Shown piece by piece: positions 23,964 to 36,173 of a stretch of DNA of 64,000 nucleotides. Source of the DNA: Neodothiora populina (lineage: Eukaryota); assembly GCF_041146345.1 (NCBI RefSeq), contig NW_027191410.1:310001-374000 (forward strand). The letters run 5' to 3'. The notes under the pieces were generated by a model that was given only the letters and a program-made list of their open reading frames with translations, was not told the DNA's origin and did not search any database. Positions within the stretch are counted from its first letter, which is position 1, and every line of letters begins with the position of its first letter. Made by a program: the position numbers and the translations under genes.

Positions 23964-25026
23964 GAGTCATTGTAGACCGTTATTCTTCTAGATTTGCATT
24001 GCCAAAAATCAGTTCGCATCGAGGCGTCAGAGATACCGACCACGCAAAAGGAAAGTAAAGAATAGGTAAATGATTAGTAAATGAAAAGTCAAAATAGCAA
24101 AGATTCTTGCCTTGTCTCTCTCTTTCTGTCGTCTGACTTCGAACGCGTTGTGAGAGGTTACACTGCTGCCAATATCATAAAGGTAGACTACGACGCTCCC
24201 CATTATTTCCTGCGTAAGACTTACCTTATTGCTCGGATATCGATATCGAAGTCGAGCATAGTGGAAGATCCTCCTTCCATGACCTGCTCAGTGGTCACAC
24301 GCTTCTACGATCGGCATATGCAAAGCACTTAATGAACATAGTCAAGTAATATATGCATACGCGAAAGCACGAAACACTGCTGAACATTGGGCGACCCTGG
24401 CCAATCTTCACCAGAGGAGAGCTAATAATTGACCTGCTTTAGGGCTGGCGTCCTGGAGGATCGCGTTCTCACGAAACACCGTTACTATAGCGAATAGGAA
24501 AGCATGGCTATGTCGTTGGAATCCGTGATACGTCGACAAGCGAGGAGAGCATGTAGTAGATAGTAAGACCTTCAGGAAAAGTAAAGGTCGGAGAGCCGAG
24601 CGTGACGGAGTTGTCAAGCAGGTGTATCGTGATCTAGTCTGAACAAGGGAGTGAACAATTAGGTGACCAAGCCTACAAGAAATCATGACAGAAGCTGCTT
24701 AATTGACGTGCTGCGAGAACATTGTAAGACATTCTATATCTGATGCGAATGGCATAAATCCTAGTGTTATCGACGTTATTTCTCGAAACCACCATTATTA
24801 TGTTGGAATATGCAATGCCATGTTTGGCGGTACGAATGCAGTCCAACACAAAAACAACCAGGGTCACGAAGAAGAAGTACACGGCCGGCCAAACCCCGGG
24901 ACTGGTCAATCCCGACCTCCGACCTCCGTCGTGAGCAGTCAAGAAAGTTATACAAGCAGCGCAACGCAACGCAGCGCAACAGCGACAGCAGAAAGTCACA
25001 CACCGTCCACGCCCACACAAAAGACC

Positions 25027-25844
25027 ATGTTACTGCTACGACTACGCTCAGCACTCGCAGGCGCCCCGCAGCCTTGTGTGTCGACGATCGAGACGGCACT
25101 CTCAAACCTCAGGGTCTCATCACCACCAATCCGCCTCAGCAAACCCGTGACTGCGGTCCGTAACTCGACGAGTTTGGCTCAGGGTCGAGCCAACGGAGCC
25201 AAAGACGGAGCGGGAAAGAGATTGGGAGCGAAGAAGTCAGGAGGTACGTTTTTGGACAACGGAGAAAAAGCAGACAGGGCGCAAGCGTTGCACTGCAGCA
25301 TTGCCTGCATTCCACAAAAAGAGAACAGGACTAATCCACCGTCTCATCAGAACAATACGTGATACCCGGCAACATCATATTCCGGCAACGAGGCACACAC
25401 TGGTTCCCAGGCGACAACGTCGGCATGGGCCGCGACCACACAATCTACGCCACGCAAGCCGGCTATGTGAAATACTACAAGGACCCTCTGCGGCACCCGA
25501 AGCGCCAGTACATCGGGGTCGTGTTCGAGCGTAGCCAGACGCTACCGCAGCCGCCCAACGCCGTCAGGAGGAGGAAGCTGGGCATGCTGGCGTATCAGAT
25601 GGCGGAGACTGCGGAGAATGTGGTGGCGGAGAAACAGAGTATTGTTGGCCAGAAGGCCGTTGCTACGTTGAGGCCTGGATATCAGTACAGACAGGCGAAT
25701 TGGGAGATTGGTCGCGCGGCAGAGAGAGCGAATATTCAGGTCGAGCCGTTCAAGCCTGGTGATCGATTTGCTGCGTGGCGGAAGACGGCGATAAGGAAGG
25801 CGAAGAACGCGGAGAGAAGAGGTTTGGGAGGGCGCAAGAGGTAG
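25027..25844 (+). CDS. MRP7: Mitochondrial ribosomal protein bL27m
   Basis: Presequence [10 protein letters not shown], then [25 protein letters not shown]; intron 25244-25350. Confidence 0.92.
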
Positions 25845-26053
25845 AGTTACCCCAGGAGGGATTGATAGAGTGTAGTAAGACAAAAATGTACTTTATATAT
25901 GGATATCTTTATATATGGATATGCATCAAAGAGCTTATGCTTCCGGTCAAGAATCATACAGTCTGATTCAGTAAGGGCGAAAGTGAATCTCTCGGTATTG
26001 ACCCATTTTCTATTTGTTTTCATACAATAATATACAACGCACTTCAACCGAGA

Positions 26054-26960
26054 TCATCGCAGACCCAGAGGGTTCAGGATCTTCTCCTTTGCGATGCGAG
26101 TGGCGGCTTCTCCGCCACGATGCAGGGCGACTGCGCCGACGATTGAGTACAAAGTGTGAGCGAGCACGACGTGAACACCAGAGCTTTCCAGGTCATCCGT
26201 CTAAAGATTGAGTCAGTACGGAGATGAAACACGCGTAGAAGAAGCAAAAGACTGCTGACCTTGCGCGGTTTCCACCTGACAACCTTCTCCAGTCCGTAGG
26301 ATTGAGCAACCTGTGCCAACCTGTACTTGTCGAGCGTGTCTGACTTGGCGCTCGAGGTCAAGTTATCGAGTCCTTTTAGGGCCGGGTGGGAAAGTGACGG
26401 CGAATGAAGAGCCGACGAAGGCGCATTGAGCAGTGCCAATGAGCACTGAAGATCCACTATTCTCTTGCCTGTCGCCAGCGCATCAGCAAGCGATTTCCTT
26501 TCACTCTGAACAAATGTTACGAACCAAGATATGCCAATCTGTCATTGAAGCCTCTCCGTGCGTGATCGAAACTCTTGTGTGTCACTGCCAGCCACTTCAA
26601 TTCCTCGGGCAGCATGCGGTCTCCGTCCTTTCCTAATAGCCTCCGGTAGGCATTGTCCAGGACTTCGGGGCTCTCGTTCACGAGGAAGGCGGGCTGTTGT
26701 GGAGCGCGGCGAGTGCGGACGGGCATGGCCATGGCAGGAGGAGTGCGCTGCCATCTCGGCACTTGTGCAGCGGGGGCTTCTGCATCATGCGATGCAAAGG
26801 ATGTGGCGGCGGTGGAGAAGGAAGGGTGCTGCTGATGCTGGTGTTGTAAGGGTTGTGCAGAGCGAGTAGAGCGCAGACGAGCCTTGCGAGCGACAGGTCG
26901 GGTGCACGTCCGCGCTGCACCGAGGATGGAGGACGATGAGGATGATACGATGGTGCTCAT
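26054..26960 (-). CDS. MRPL15: Mitochondrial ribosomal protein mL57 (RNase III-like fold)
   Basis: KWLAVTHKSFDHARRGFNDRLAYLGKRIV, RWKPRK and YSIVGAVAL; introns 26469-26524 and 26201-26259. Confidence 0.9.
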
Positions 26961-27131
26961 CTTGTTGTTGGACAGCCGCAGGGGTGGAAGTGGTCGTCGT
27001 GAATTACTGCGAATGGCCAGCTTATTCCAATACAAAGTTCAGATGCAAGTCGGCTACTTTTGGACTTTGTCACTCTGTACCTGTGTTTTGAGGACTGCGG
27101 AACACGAAATCCTGGCGTGAATTGTTCAGAA

Positions 27132-27171
27132 CGACTCTTCGACTCTTCGACTCTTCGACTCTTCGACTCTT
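27132..27171. repeat. Tandem repeat (CGACTCTT)x5
   Basis: Five perfect 8-bp copies in the divergent MRPL15/IDP1 promoter. Confidence 0.95.
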
Positions 27172-27489
27172 CCTCTGCCCCGCGTATCGCACGAGAAAGT
27201 CACAGGCAAGGCACTAACACCCACGCGGAAGGCACTAAGACGCTCAAAGTTCACTGGCTCTGGCCGACCTCGGCAGCTGCTCTACAGTATCCAAAAGATA
27301 TGAAGGCAGGGAACTGACTACCGTCACTGTACCTTTGCTTCCACTTTATTCATGTCACCCGTCGGCTAAACCGAGACCCCTCATCTTCACTTCCCTCTAT
27401 CCTATCAGTCTCGAAGATCTCGTGCTCTCCGGCCTTCCGTCCTCTTTTCGGCTACCTCGTCGGTCGTCCTCGCCCTCGTCCTCGTCGTC

Positions 27490-29032
27490 ATGTCTTTCTC
27501 TCTCCGTCCTTCAACGGCGCGAGCTGTCTTCAGCGCATCCTCCTCAGCTTCTACTCGTCCTTCTTTTGCTTCTAGACCGCTGCTGGCAGCAATTGAGCAA
27601 AGACGCAGAATGGCAGACTTCAACAAGATCAAGGTCAAGAACCCCATCGTCGAGCTTGACGGCGATGAGATGACCCGCATCATCTGGAAGGATATCAAGG
27701 ACAAGGTGATTATTTCCGTTTCTGTTTCCGGATGTGACTCATATACTGATTTGCGAGTAGTTCATTCACCCGTACGTTATATCGCGAACAAAGCATGTGG
27801 AAGCTTTGTATGATTGACACTCAAAAGTTACCTTGATGTCGACCTCAAGTACTACGATCTTGGTCTTCCCTACAGAGATGAGACCAACGACAAGGTCACT
27901 TTGGATGCAGCAGAGGCTATCAAGAAGTACTCTGTCGGTGTCAAGTGTGCCACCATCACCCCCGACGAGGCCAGAGTGAAGGAGTTCAAGCTTAAGCAGA
28001 TGTGGCTTTCGCCCAACGGCACCATCAGAAACGCCCTGTAAGTTGCATTGGACTCTGAATGCGCCAACTGTCCCGAGGCTCGGCGCGCTGACATTGCTTA
28101 GTGGCGGTACCGTCTTCCGTGAGCCCATCGTCATCCCTCGCATTCCCCGTCTCGTGCCCGGCTGGAAGAAGCCCATCATCATCGGTCGTCACGCTTTCGG
28201 CGACCAGTACAGGGCCAAGGACCGCGTCATCGAGGGTGAGGGCAAGCTCGAGCTCGTCTTCACCCCCAAGGGCGGCGAGCCCGAGAAGATCGAGGTCTTC
28301 AACTTCGAGAAGCACCACAAGGGCGGTGTTGCGCAAACGCAATACAACACCGACGAGAGCATCTCCGGCTTCGCCCACGCATCTTTCAAGCTCGCCATTG
28401 ACAAGAAGCTCCCTCTATACATGAGCACCAAGAACACCATCCTCAAGAAGTACGACGGTAGATTCAAGGACATCTTCCAGGACATCTACGAGAAGGAGTA
28501 CAAGGGCGCGTTCGAGGCCGCCGGAATCTGGTACGAGCACAGACTCATCGACGACATGGTCGCCCAGATGATCAAGAGCGAGGGTGGTTACATCATGGCC
28601 CTCAAGAACTACGATGGTGACGTCCAGTCAGACATCGTCGCTCAGGGTTTCGGCTCTCTCGGTCTCATGACTTCCGTCCTCATCACCCCCGACGGCAAGA
28701 CCTTTGAGGCCGAGGCCGCCCACGGAACTGTTACCAGACATTTCCGCGAGCACCAGAAGGGCAACCCCACGTCGACCAACCCCATCGCTTCCATCTTCGC
28801 ATGGACCCGCGGTCTCGCCAAGCGTGGTGAGCTCGACGGCACCCCCGAGGTCACCAAGTTCGCCGAGAGCCTCGAGGAGGCTTGCGTGCACGTCGTCAAC
28901 GAGCAGGGCATCATGACCAAGGATCTCGCTCTCGCTTGCGGCAAGAAGGGCAAGGACGACTACGTCACGACCGGCGAGTACCTCGATGCTGTTGAGAAGC
29001 GCATGAAGGCTGTCCTTTCCGCCAAGTTGTAG
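27490..29032 (+). CDS. IDP1: NADP-dependent isocitrate dehydrogenase
   Basis: [22 protein letters not shown] and NYDGDVQSD; exons 27490-27705, 27761-27771, 27828-28037 and 28102-29032; C-terminal AKL. Confidence 0.96.
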
Positions 29033-29695
29033 AGAATTTATTCAGGATGATATTGTCTTCATGTGGGAAAGGAGAAAGGAGGATGAGATTTTTATATAAC
29101 GACATGTACAGATAATTTTACAAGAAGATGAGCATAGAGAATTACAAAAACCCTAGACTCCCTACCGTCCTGCTCCCTTTAATCTTCGACGGCTCGTGTC
29201 GTAGTCGTACTTGTCTTCAAAGCATCAAAGGTCTCTTATATTGTCCCCATGTCCATTCACTAAGTTCACAAAGACACGATAAGAACTAAAAACACAAGAA
29301 ATCCTCGTCCAAAGAGTAAACATTACAATCTTGTTTTTTTAAATTGTTAAGGAATGATGATTTTCATGAATTTTGATAACTTTCTACTTTACAATAGCCT
29401 CTGTGGCCGCCATAGTTGCCTGTTCTATTTCGGTCGAGCGAGATCAAGATGAAGTTGTCGTCGTCTTCGTCGTCGTCGCTATACGATTACCCGACGTAAC
29501 AGTCCTACTAAAGCCACGCACAATGTAAAGAAGCAAGACCTAGCTAGACAGCTCGGCAGTGTTATATTACTTGTAAACTAGATCCCAGAGATATTCGATC
29601 GAAAGAATATCCACGGTAAAGAAAATGTATATCATGAAGGACGGTCTATTCGCAAACGACCTTGACTGCAGCTTTCATCATGTGATTTGTTCCCA

Positions 29696-30715
29696 TCATG
29701 CATCATCATCATCGTCACTGCTGACCTCCTCTCCTGCCTCCCTAGCCTTCTCCTTGCGCCTCCTGATTCGTTCTCGCTTCTTATCAAGTAGCTTCCTCAG
29801 ATTCTTAGCCACACTGAACGTCCCACCCGTATCAGTCCCACAAGCCGCACACGCCTTGCCTCCCTTGGACTTATGTCTCTTGAGCGCACACGCCTCGCAG
29901 AAATAATGCCCACACTTCGTCACGACCGGCTGCCTGTAAGGCTCCTTGCAGATTATGCACGCGAAAGGAATGTTCTCCAACTTGGCCTCCTCCTCGCCAT
30001 CACTCTCGTCCTCGCCATCCCCAGCAGCCTTCGTCGACCCCGCCGCACTCCCAACCACAACCCCCTGCAGCTTTTTCCCTTTCGTCACCTTCTCCCACTC
30101 TTTGTCCAGCTGCCACCCCTGCTTGTAGTCCTCGCGCGCATGCAGGAACTTGCAGCTGTCTCCGAACCCACAGAAGCCCGTCTGCTTGTAGTCCTTGCAG
30201 ACGTCGGGCGCGAAGTCGGTGACGGTGATGGTGCGGATGTTGGTCGGCGCCTTGACTGGGCCGACGGATTTGGCGGCGCGCTCGGGGTTCTTTGCGATGA
30301 AGTTGTCGTAGGCGGCGGCGCCTTTGTATGTGCCACTGGTGCTGGACTGCTCGTGGGATGATGGTGTGCCGCTGGCTCGTCGTGGGACGGCGGTAGAGGA
30401 CTTTAGGGATGGGTCCGCCGCGCGGTCGAGTTCGACCCAGTTGGACTCTTTCGTGGCGTCGTCGAGCTGCGTGATGGTTGCTGAGCGGTCGCCCGCGAAT
30501 GATGTCGATTTGCTCAGGTCTGTCTTGACGCCGTTCTGATGCTGCGCTGAAGATGTCGTGATTCCTCCCTTTCGACGTCGCTTGACTCTGGCGCCGCTTT
30601 CGTCTTCGCTCGAGTAGTCTGAGCCATCTGATTCCGACGGCGGTGTCGCGGGTCGCTTCTTGATGTTGCTGGTCTTGCTGCGCTTTTTGAACACGACTGG
30701 ATGGACGTCAGTCAT
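29696..30715 (-). CDS. CWC24: Splicing factor Cwc24 (CCCH zinc finger plus RING)
   Basis: PDVCKDYKQTGFCGFGDSCKFLH and CIIC..CGHYFCEAC..CAAC. Confidence 0.95.
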   Translation of the reverse strand: MTDVHPVVFKKRSKTSNIKKRPATPPSESDGSDYSSEDESGARVKRRRKGGITTSSAQHQNGVKTDLSKSTSFAGDRSATITQLDDATKESNWVELDRAADPSLKSSTAVPRRASGTPSSHEQSSTSGTYKGAAAYDNFIAKNPERAAKSVGPVKAPTNIRTITVTDFAPDVCKDYKQTGFCGFGDSCKFLHAREDYKQGWQLDKEWEKVTKGKKLQGVVVGSAAGSTKAAGDGEDESDGEEEAKLENIPFACIICKEPYRQPVVTKCGHYFCEACALKRHKSKGGKACAACGTDTGGTFSVAKNLRKLLDKKRERIRRRKEKAREAGEEVSSDDDDDA

Positions 30716-31139
30716 GTTGACTTGTGATACTGATTGTCTGGTTGATCAGGATCTAAAAGTGCTGGACGGCGTTGTGTCGACAATTATAAATGTATGACAT
30801 GGGGTGTTTGAGGTTCACGTGGCGTTGTGGCTGACAAATGTGGCTGGAGGCTACCAACTTCACTTCCGAATCACGGTCTAGGACTTGCTTGCATAACAAA
30901 ACTAAGTAATTACATATTCCCACATACTCATTATCCCCATCAATTCGTTCTCGACTTGAAGAGCCATAAGCATAAAAGAAGAAAGAAAGAACCCTGTGAA
31001 AGCACACTACCACGGCTGACCGCTTCGACCAAGCCGCCACATGTGTCCTGGCCCAATGAAAATGTCCAGTCTATCCAAAAAATAATGATACAGTCAGTCT
31101 CGCGATTTACGACTTGATTTGTCGAAATACGAGAAAGGT

Positions 31140-32586
31140 TTACTCGGGGACCTCTCCGTCGTGAATCTCTCTGAACTTTTGCTTGATGCTCAGTCTCTTC
31201 TTGAGACCTTCGCCAGCCTTCCTGAGAGAGCTTGTTCTCGACATATGCTGGCCCACACTGGGTTGTTTGCCATGATGGCTAGAGGAGTGCTGCGCGACAT
31301 CAAGCTCATGATCGAGTTCGGCATATCTTGAGCTGCCACCGGCAATCTCGACAGGGTCGCGCTGGTCGACGCGCTTGCCTTCAGCTTGGTCTCTGGCATC
31401 ATAGTTGGACATGAGTGGTCTGTCAGACATCTCGATGCCACGATGACCGTCAAAGTCACGCTCGTGGATAGTATGGGCCTTGAGTGCCTTGTCGAGAGAA
31501 AAGGCAGGCTCTCCCTTGCCGGTGATGTCATCTCTGGCGTAGTCCTAACCAATAGTGTTAGTCCTCAAGACGTGCTCGGTCGAGAAGAGCTAGGATACGA
31601 AGGAAAGTGAAAGAAGAGAGGGCAGAACTTACCACACCGGGCCACTGCTTGTAAGGACCACCTGGCGCATCGGGATCCCTCATCATGTCGGTACCTTCTT
31701 CATAGTGGTATACTCTACCAAGCTGGTCTCTCTCGCCTGGTGGCACCATAGCCACGCCTTCAATGGGGACGTGTCTCTCGAGAGCATCCTTTATCTTCTC
31801 GGCAGGAGTCGCCTTGAGAGCCTCTCTGTTAGAGTTGGCAACGGCAGCTATGGGAGAGATGGCGTAGTCAGTGTTCCTTGCTAGTAAGGCAGCATCATAA
31901 GGCCCCTCATGGTGGTATGGAATGGTAGGACCGGTCGAGTCTAGACGATCAACGGTGTCGGCACCGGGAATGTGTCTCTTGTTGAGATGAGGAGAGCGGT
32001 GCGCCTTCTTGCTGTCACGACGGATAATATCCAATGGCTTGTGGGAGTCGTCACCGGGGTAGCGGGCAGATAGAGAGCTCGTGCGACGGCGGTGCGAAGA
32101 CTGACCGACAACCTGATCGTAGTTCGGCGGGGTCCGGTCTCCACTGCCGCTGCGACGGCGGCCTTCGTTGAGTTCTCCGAAAGCAGCTTCACGGTACTTG
32201 GGAAAGGGCTTCGGGCTGCCGCCGGGCGAAGACGAGGCGTAGGGTGGGACGGCGCCGTGGTGAAAGTCACGGCTGGTCTGACGGGAGTGACCTCCGGTCT
32301 TGCCGCTGCTGCTGACCGAGCTCTTGCGGTAGGGATTTGTGGACGAGGAAGGCGAGGCAGGCACTCGGGGGGACGTGGGAGATGCTGGCTTTGCTACCGA
32401 AGAGGGCACCTTCGCATCAGGAGGGTAGAAGTGGCTTCCTGGCCCGGTCTCTTGCGAGGGTTCCGGGGCGATGAGGGGATCGATCAGATAGGCAGCGCCC
32501 TACATGGTTGAAAGATCTCAGTCGCAGCGCACAGAATGACATGTTCCGACAGTCCTTACCTCTTTCGAACCGTATGCTTGCGACAT
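31140..32586 (-). CDS. PAL1: Pal1-family cell morphology/endocytosis protein
   Basis: YLIDPL, NPY, RYPGDDSHKPLD, YHHEGPYDA and GKGEPAFSLD; introns 32500-32559 and 31545-31632. Confidence 0.85.
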
Positions 32587-33482
32587 GGCTGTCGGCTACG
32601 ATTGTCGCGATCAGATGTCGCTTTGCGGGATTGTCGGCAGTTTGTGTCGTACGAGAATTAATTTATTGCGAGGACAGAGACAACACAGACAAGTGAGAAA
32701 GATGATACGGAAGTTTTAGTGCTTAGGAGGAAGAAGGAGTCGGCGGCACTCAACACTTTCTATGGGATGGACTCAAAAACGGGAGGCACGATGGAGCTAT
32801 GAGGTGAGTATTATTGATCCGTTTCCTTCCAGTATTACAGCATGTGTGACTTGACTGCGGGTGCCCTGCACCGCCCGTTGTGCCCCGGGGAGGAAACAGA
32901 ACCATTGAGTCTACATCATCCTACGACGTCATCAGCCGCGTGGAACACCAGAGGTTTTGCTTGGGTGAGACCTCTGGTGCTGCCCAGTGATAGGCAGGTA
33001 CTGCTACCTTGAACTTTACACACTGCAGACACACATTAAAAGTGGTGCGTGTGCCGTACTGTATTCGGCAGCTTGCGAACTCTAAATAGTCCAGAATTGG
33101 CGCTTGTGTCGAGGTGCGTCATCATCAATGGGTCACTGCGGCATTGCGACAGTCTTGACGACTGCGAAACAACTCAGCACAGCACCGATCCAGCTTGGCG
33201 ACACATCGGTTTTGTAATTGGCGTGCGCTTGTGAGTACCGTTAGTGCACTCATAGTAATACCTATCCATGCCTCGACATCACATTGTTGTGTTTAGGTGT
33301 TTACCACTTCGCGAAGAAGCTCTGGCCGTCTCCACAGCCAGCAAAGACCGATCGACGGGGCTGCATGCTTCGAATCCCAGATCAGGGAAAAATCAGAGAG
33401 TAGGATCATGTCATCAGGTAATTGATCATATGGAATCAGGATTGGATTTGCCGTTGCTTCCTCTGGCCTCTGAGTAGCGAAG

Positions 33483-34804
33483 ATGGTGCTTGTATCCTAT
33501 TCTGATTCCGAGGAGGAGGTTAATGCTGGGAATGACAATATCAGTGCCCTGTCCGCTGTTTGTCATGATGTTGTTTCCCACCCTCCTCGCAAAAGATTAA
33601 AAATATCAAAGACAAACACCACAAAAGACCGAGATCCTCCGCCACTCCCCGCAGACTTCCATAATTTATACTCGTCCTCGGTCCGTGTCAGCACCAGCGA
33701 CGATCCGTCTCTGCACGGAGGTCGCAAACGTGTGGTCCCCCACGTCCAAGGAAACTGGCCCGCGCACGTCTATCTCGAGTGTAAGCAGCATCTTGACCCC
33801 ATTCCTATGACTTTGTTGACTGAGATAGTCGGCGACGATAAGGGTTCCCTGATCCCGCCCAGCAGAAGTGCATCGATAATCTCCTGCTTGCTGTGTCCAA
33901 GCAATCTGGTTCCCTTGACCATTCCCCGGACACAAAACCTGGGGTCAACTCTCTGTTGGAAACACCTCTCGGAGTCCCACTGCCCCTGCACATCTCATTG
34001 AGCGCACCTCTAGTTCTGCGCACCGAGATCAAGGAGGCCTACCTTGATGCGCTGACTGACGCATTACAGCCATTGGCGAAACAATTCCGGAACGGCATCA
34101 CTGTATCACCGGACGATCTCTCCTGGCATCTCAACGAGAATGGTAGTCGCCGCTTTCTTGTCCTTCGTGTACTGGAAAGGACTGACCCTGGTGACCAAGG
34201 TGGTCGAGTATCGCCAGGACAAGGAGACCCGCAAGGAAGAGAGACGGCGGTCCAGCGGCTCGATGGTTTCCAGCCACAGCAAGCGAAGGAGCTCAACGAC
34301 GTCCAGGTCGAGGCGCAAAAGCTCGACCAGAAGACCATCAACAGCCAGGCCTGCCAGCGACGAGCGAAAGCACACGGTGACAGAGCCAACAGCACCGGGC
34401 TGAACAGTCTTCTGAGCACGAGTAATCGAACCGCCAAGACCTTCAATCAACCCGAACTTTACGTCTCCAGGACGACACCAACCAAACGACCACTCCCCCG
34501 TGCATCAAGCCACGCGACCCTCGACAATCGAGGTGATTTCTCAGGCTACTTCCACATCAGCATAGCCTGGTCGCTAGCTGAGCCAGGCTCCTGCAGTGTG
34601 TCTGAGGATAAGCACAGCAGTGACGTTGAGCACGAAGCATCGTGGAACCAGGAGGTGCGAGATGCTTTGAGGGCAGTTGAGAGTATGCGCATCACGTTCA
34701 GCGAGGTCAAAGTCCGAGTCGGGAAAGATGTCACTACTCTGCCTTTTGGCATCAGACGGACAGCACAAAGGAGTCTATTCGGGGGCGGCGCTGCTGTCCC
34801 CTAA
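33483..34804 (+). CDS. USB1: U6 snRNA phosphodiesterase Usb1 (2H family)
   Basis: MVLVSYSDSE and [23 protein letters not shown]; two HxS motifs (LHISL, FHISI); intron 33781-33842. Confidence 0.9.
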
Positions 34805-35636
34805 TTTGCTTTATCAAGAACCGAACATCTGAAGACAGGAATAAAATTCTATTTAGAAATTGATGCGATCATGCATCTCACGACGAGGTGACTCGGACGA
34901 AAAGGAAAGCAGGCAATTGGTTCTGAAACAGATGCGTATTTTTCATCTTCGGTCCTTTTGCCCATACTGGTGAATGTACTAGGCACAATCGACTAGCTAG
35001 CTACGTGCTCCCCGCTCCTTGTACATAGAAACGAGTCCAATCCACACCTCTCCACAGAGTCGCCGCACTCGCAACAAATGTTTTGCCCCTTTTCTGGACA
35101 GTGTCAAGAAGTGGCAAGTCTCGAGTGAAGACGCAAAGACCTCAATGCTGTGCTAGCTATCAGACCAAGGGCAAAAGGACGAGAGAAAACAGAGACTCCC
35201 TGTGTTTGCCGGTTTCTTTTTCCCCAACGCCGTGCGCGATAAAACGATGCCCCCTATGCCTGATCTGACTGCACTCAGTCACGACATGGTCACTGAAGAT
35301 AAGCAAAGAAACAAGGAGAGTGGAGGATTTCCTTCTCGACTGTGCTAGAGAGATACTGTCTGGCATTGCAGCACTCCCTACACCAGCATAAAACTCTCAG
35401 ACCCCCGACTTGCTGGGAACGACACTCTGCAAAGTATTTTACTTCTTCCCTTTTCCTAGGCATCTGAAACCTTCCTATTGTAGCTCTTCGCGCCATATCC
35501 AGGAACAAACAAGTGGGCGACTGCTTGGTGACGCGCGCGCTGTTCGTCCGATGAAAAGAAATGCATGGTCTGTCGCTTCCGGTCATCAGAGCGCTGCTCA
35601 TGGGCCAGAAGTCGGTGGTAAGCTCGGCGTCCATTT

Positions 35637-36173
35637 CTAGTGGACCGGAGGTTGATAATTGATCGGGCGCCTGCACTGTGGTCAATCATCCATGAGAATG
35701 ATTCCGTTCTGCGCGTACTTACTTGAAGAGCAGAATGTGTGGCTCGGGCTCATGCACTTCGTAATGTTCCCAGCCGAGACTCTGTCGATCACACACTATC
35801 AGTTTCATGCCTCCAACTAGACGAAATCATGCTTTCGCGTCGCATACCTGGGTGATGCCAAGCGCTCTCCACTCCTCCTCCCACAATAGCTTGAGAGTGC
35901 CTCTCGTGCCGTCAAAGTACTCTTTCGGTATCACTTTGAGCATCTGCTTAGGTAGCTGCACGTGTCGGTACTCATAGTGGTCATCCGAGTATCTGCGAGA
36001 TGGGGATTTGCATCAATATGGAGGATTCCGGCGAGACGGAAGCAGGCGGATACTTAATACCTTGAGGAATAGTGTATGCTCTCAATGAATTCTTCCAGGC
36101 GCTCACGCTCCGGCTCACTCAGAGGACGCGGCTTCTTGTTGCGGCGCGTGACGTCAATGTCCATGTTTGCCAT
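35637..36173 (-). CDS. CKS1: Cyclin-dependent kinase regulatory subunit Cks1 (116 aa, 4 exons; not in the ORF track)
   Basis: Exons 36173-36061, 35992-35848, 35781-35723 and 35670-35637 translate to [81 protein letters not shown]. Confidence 0.96.

Noticed and set aside
24703..25026. In-frame upstream extension of MRP7 (ATG at 24820)
   Set aside because: It would bury the mitochondrial presequence, and ATG 25027 has good context. The similar non-ATG extensions of SEN2, SRF1 and RPB9 were rejected as artefacts of the ORF caller.
34952..35180. 12-bp perfect inverted repeat GTCCTTTTGCCC / GGGCAAAAGGAC
   Set aside because: About one such match is expected by chance in 64 kb; no target-site duplication or extended stem.
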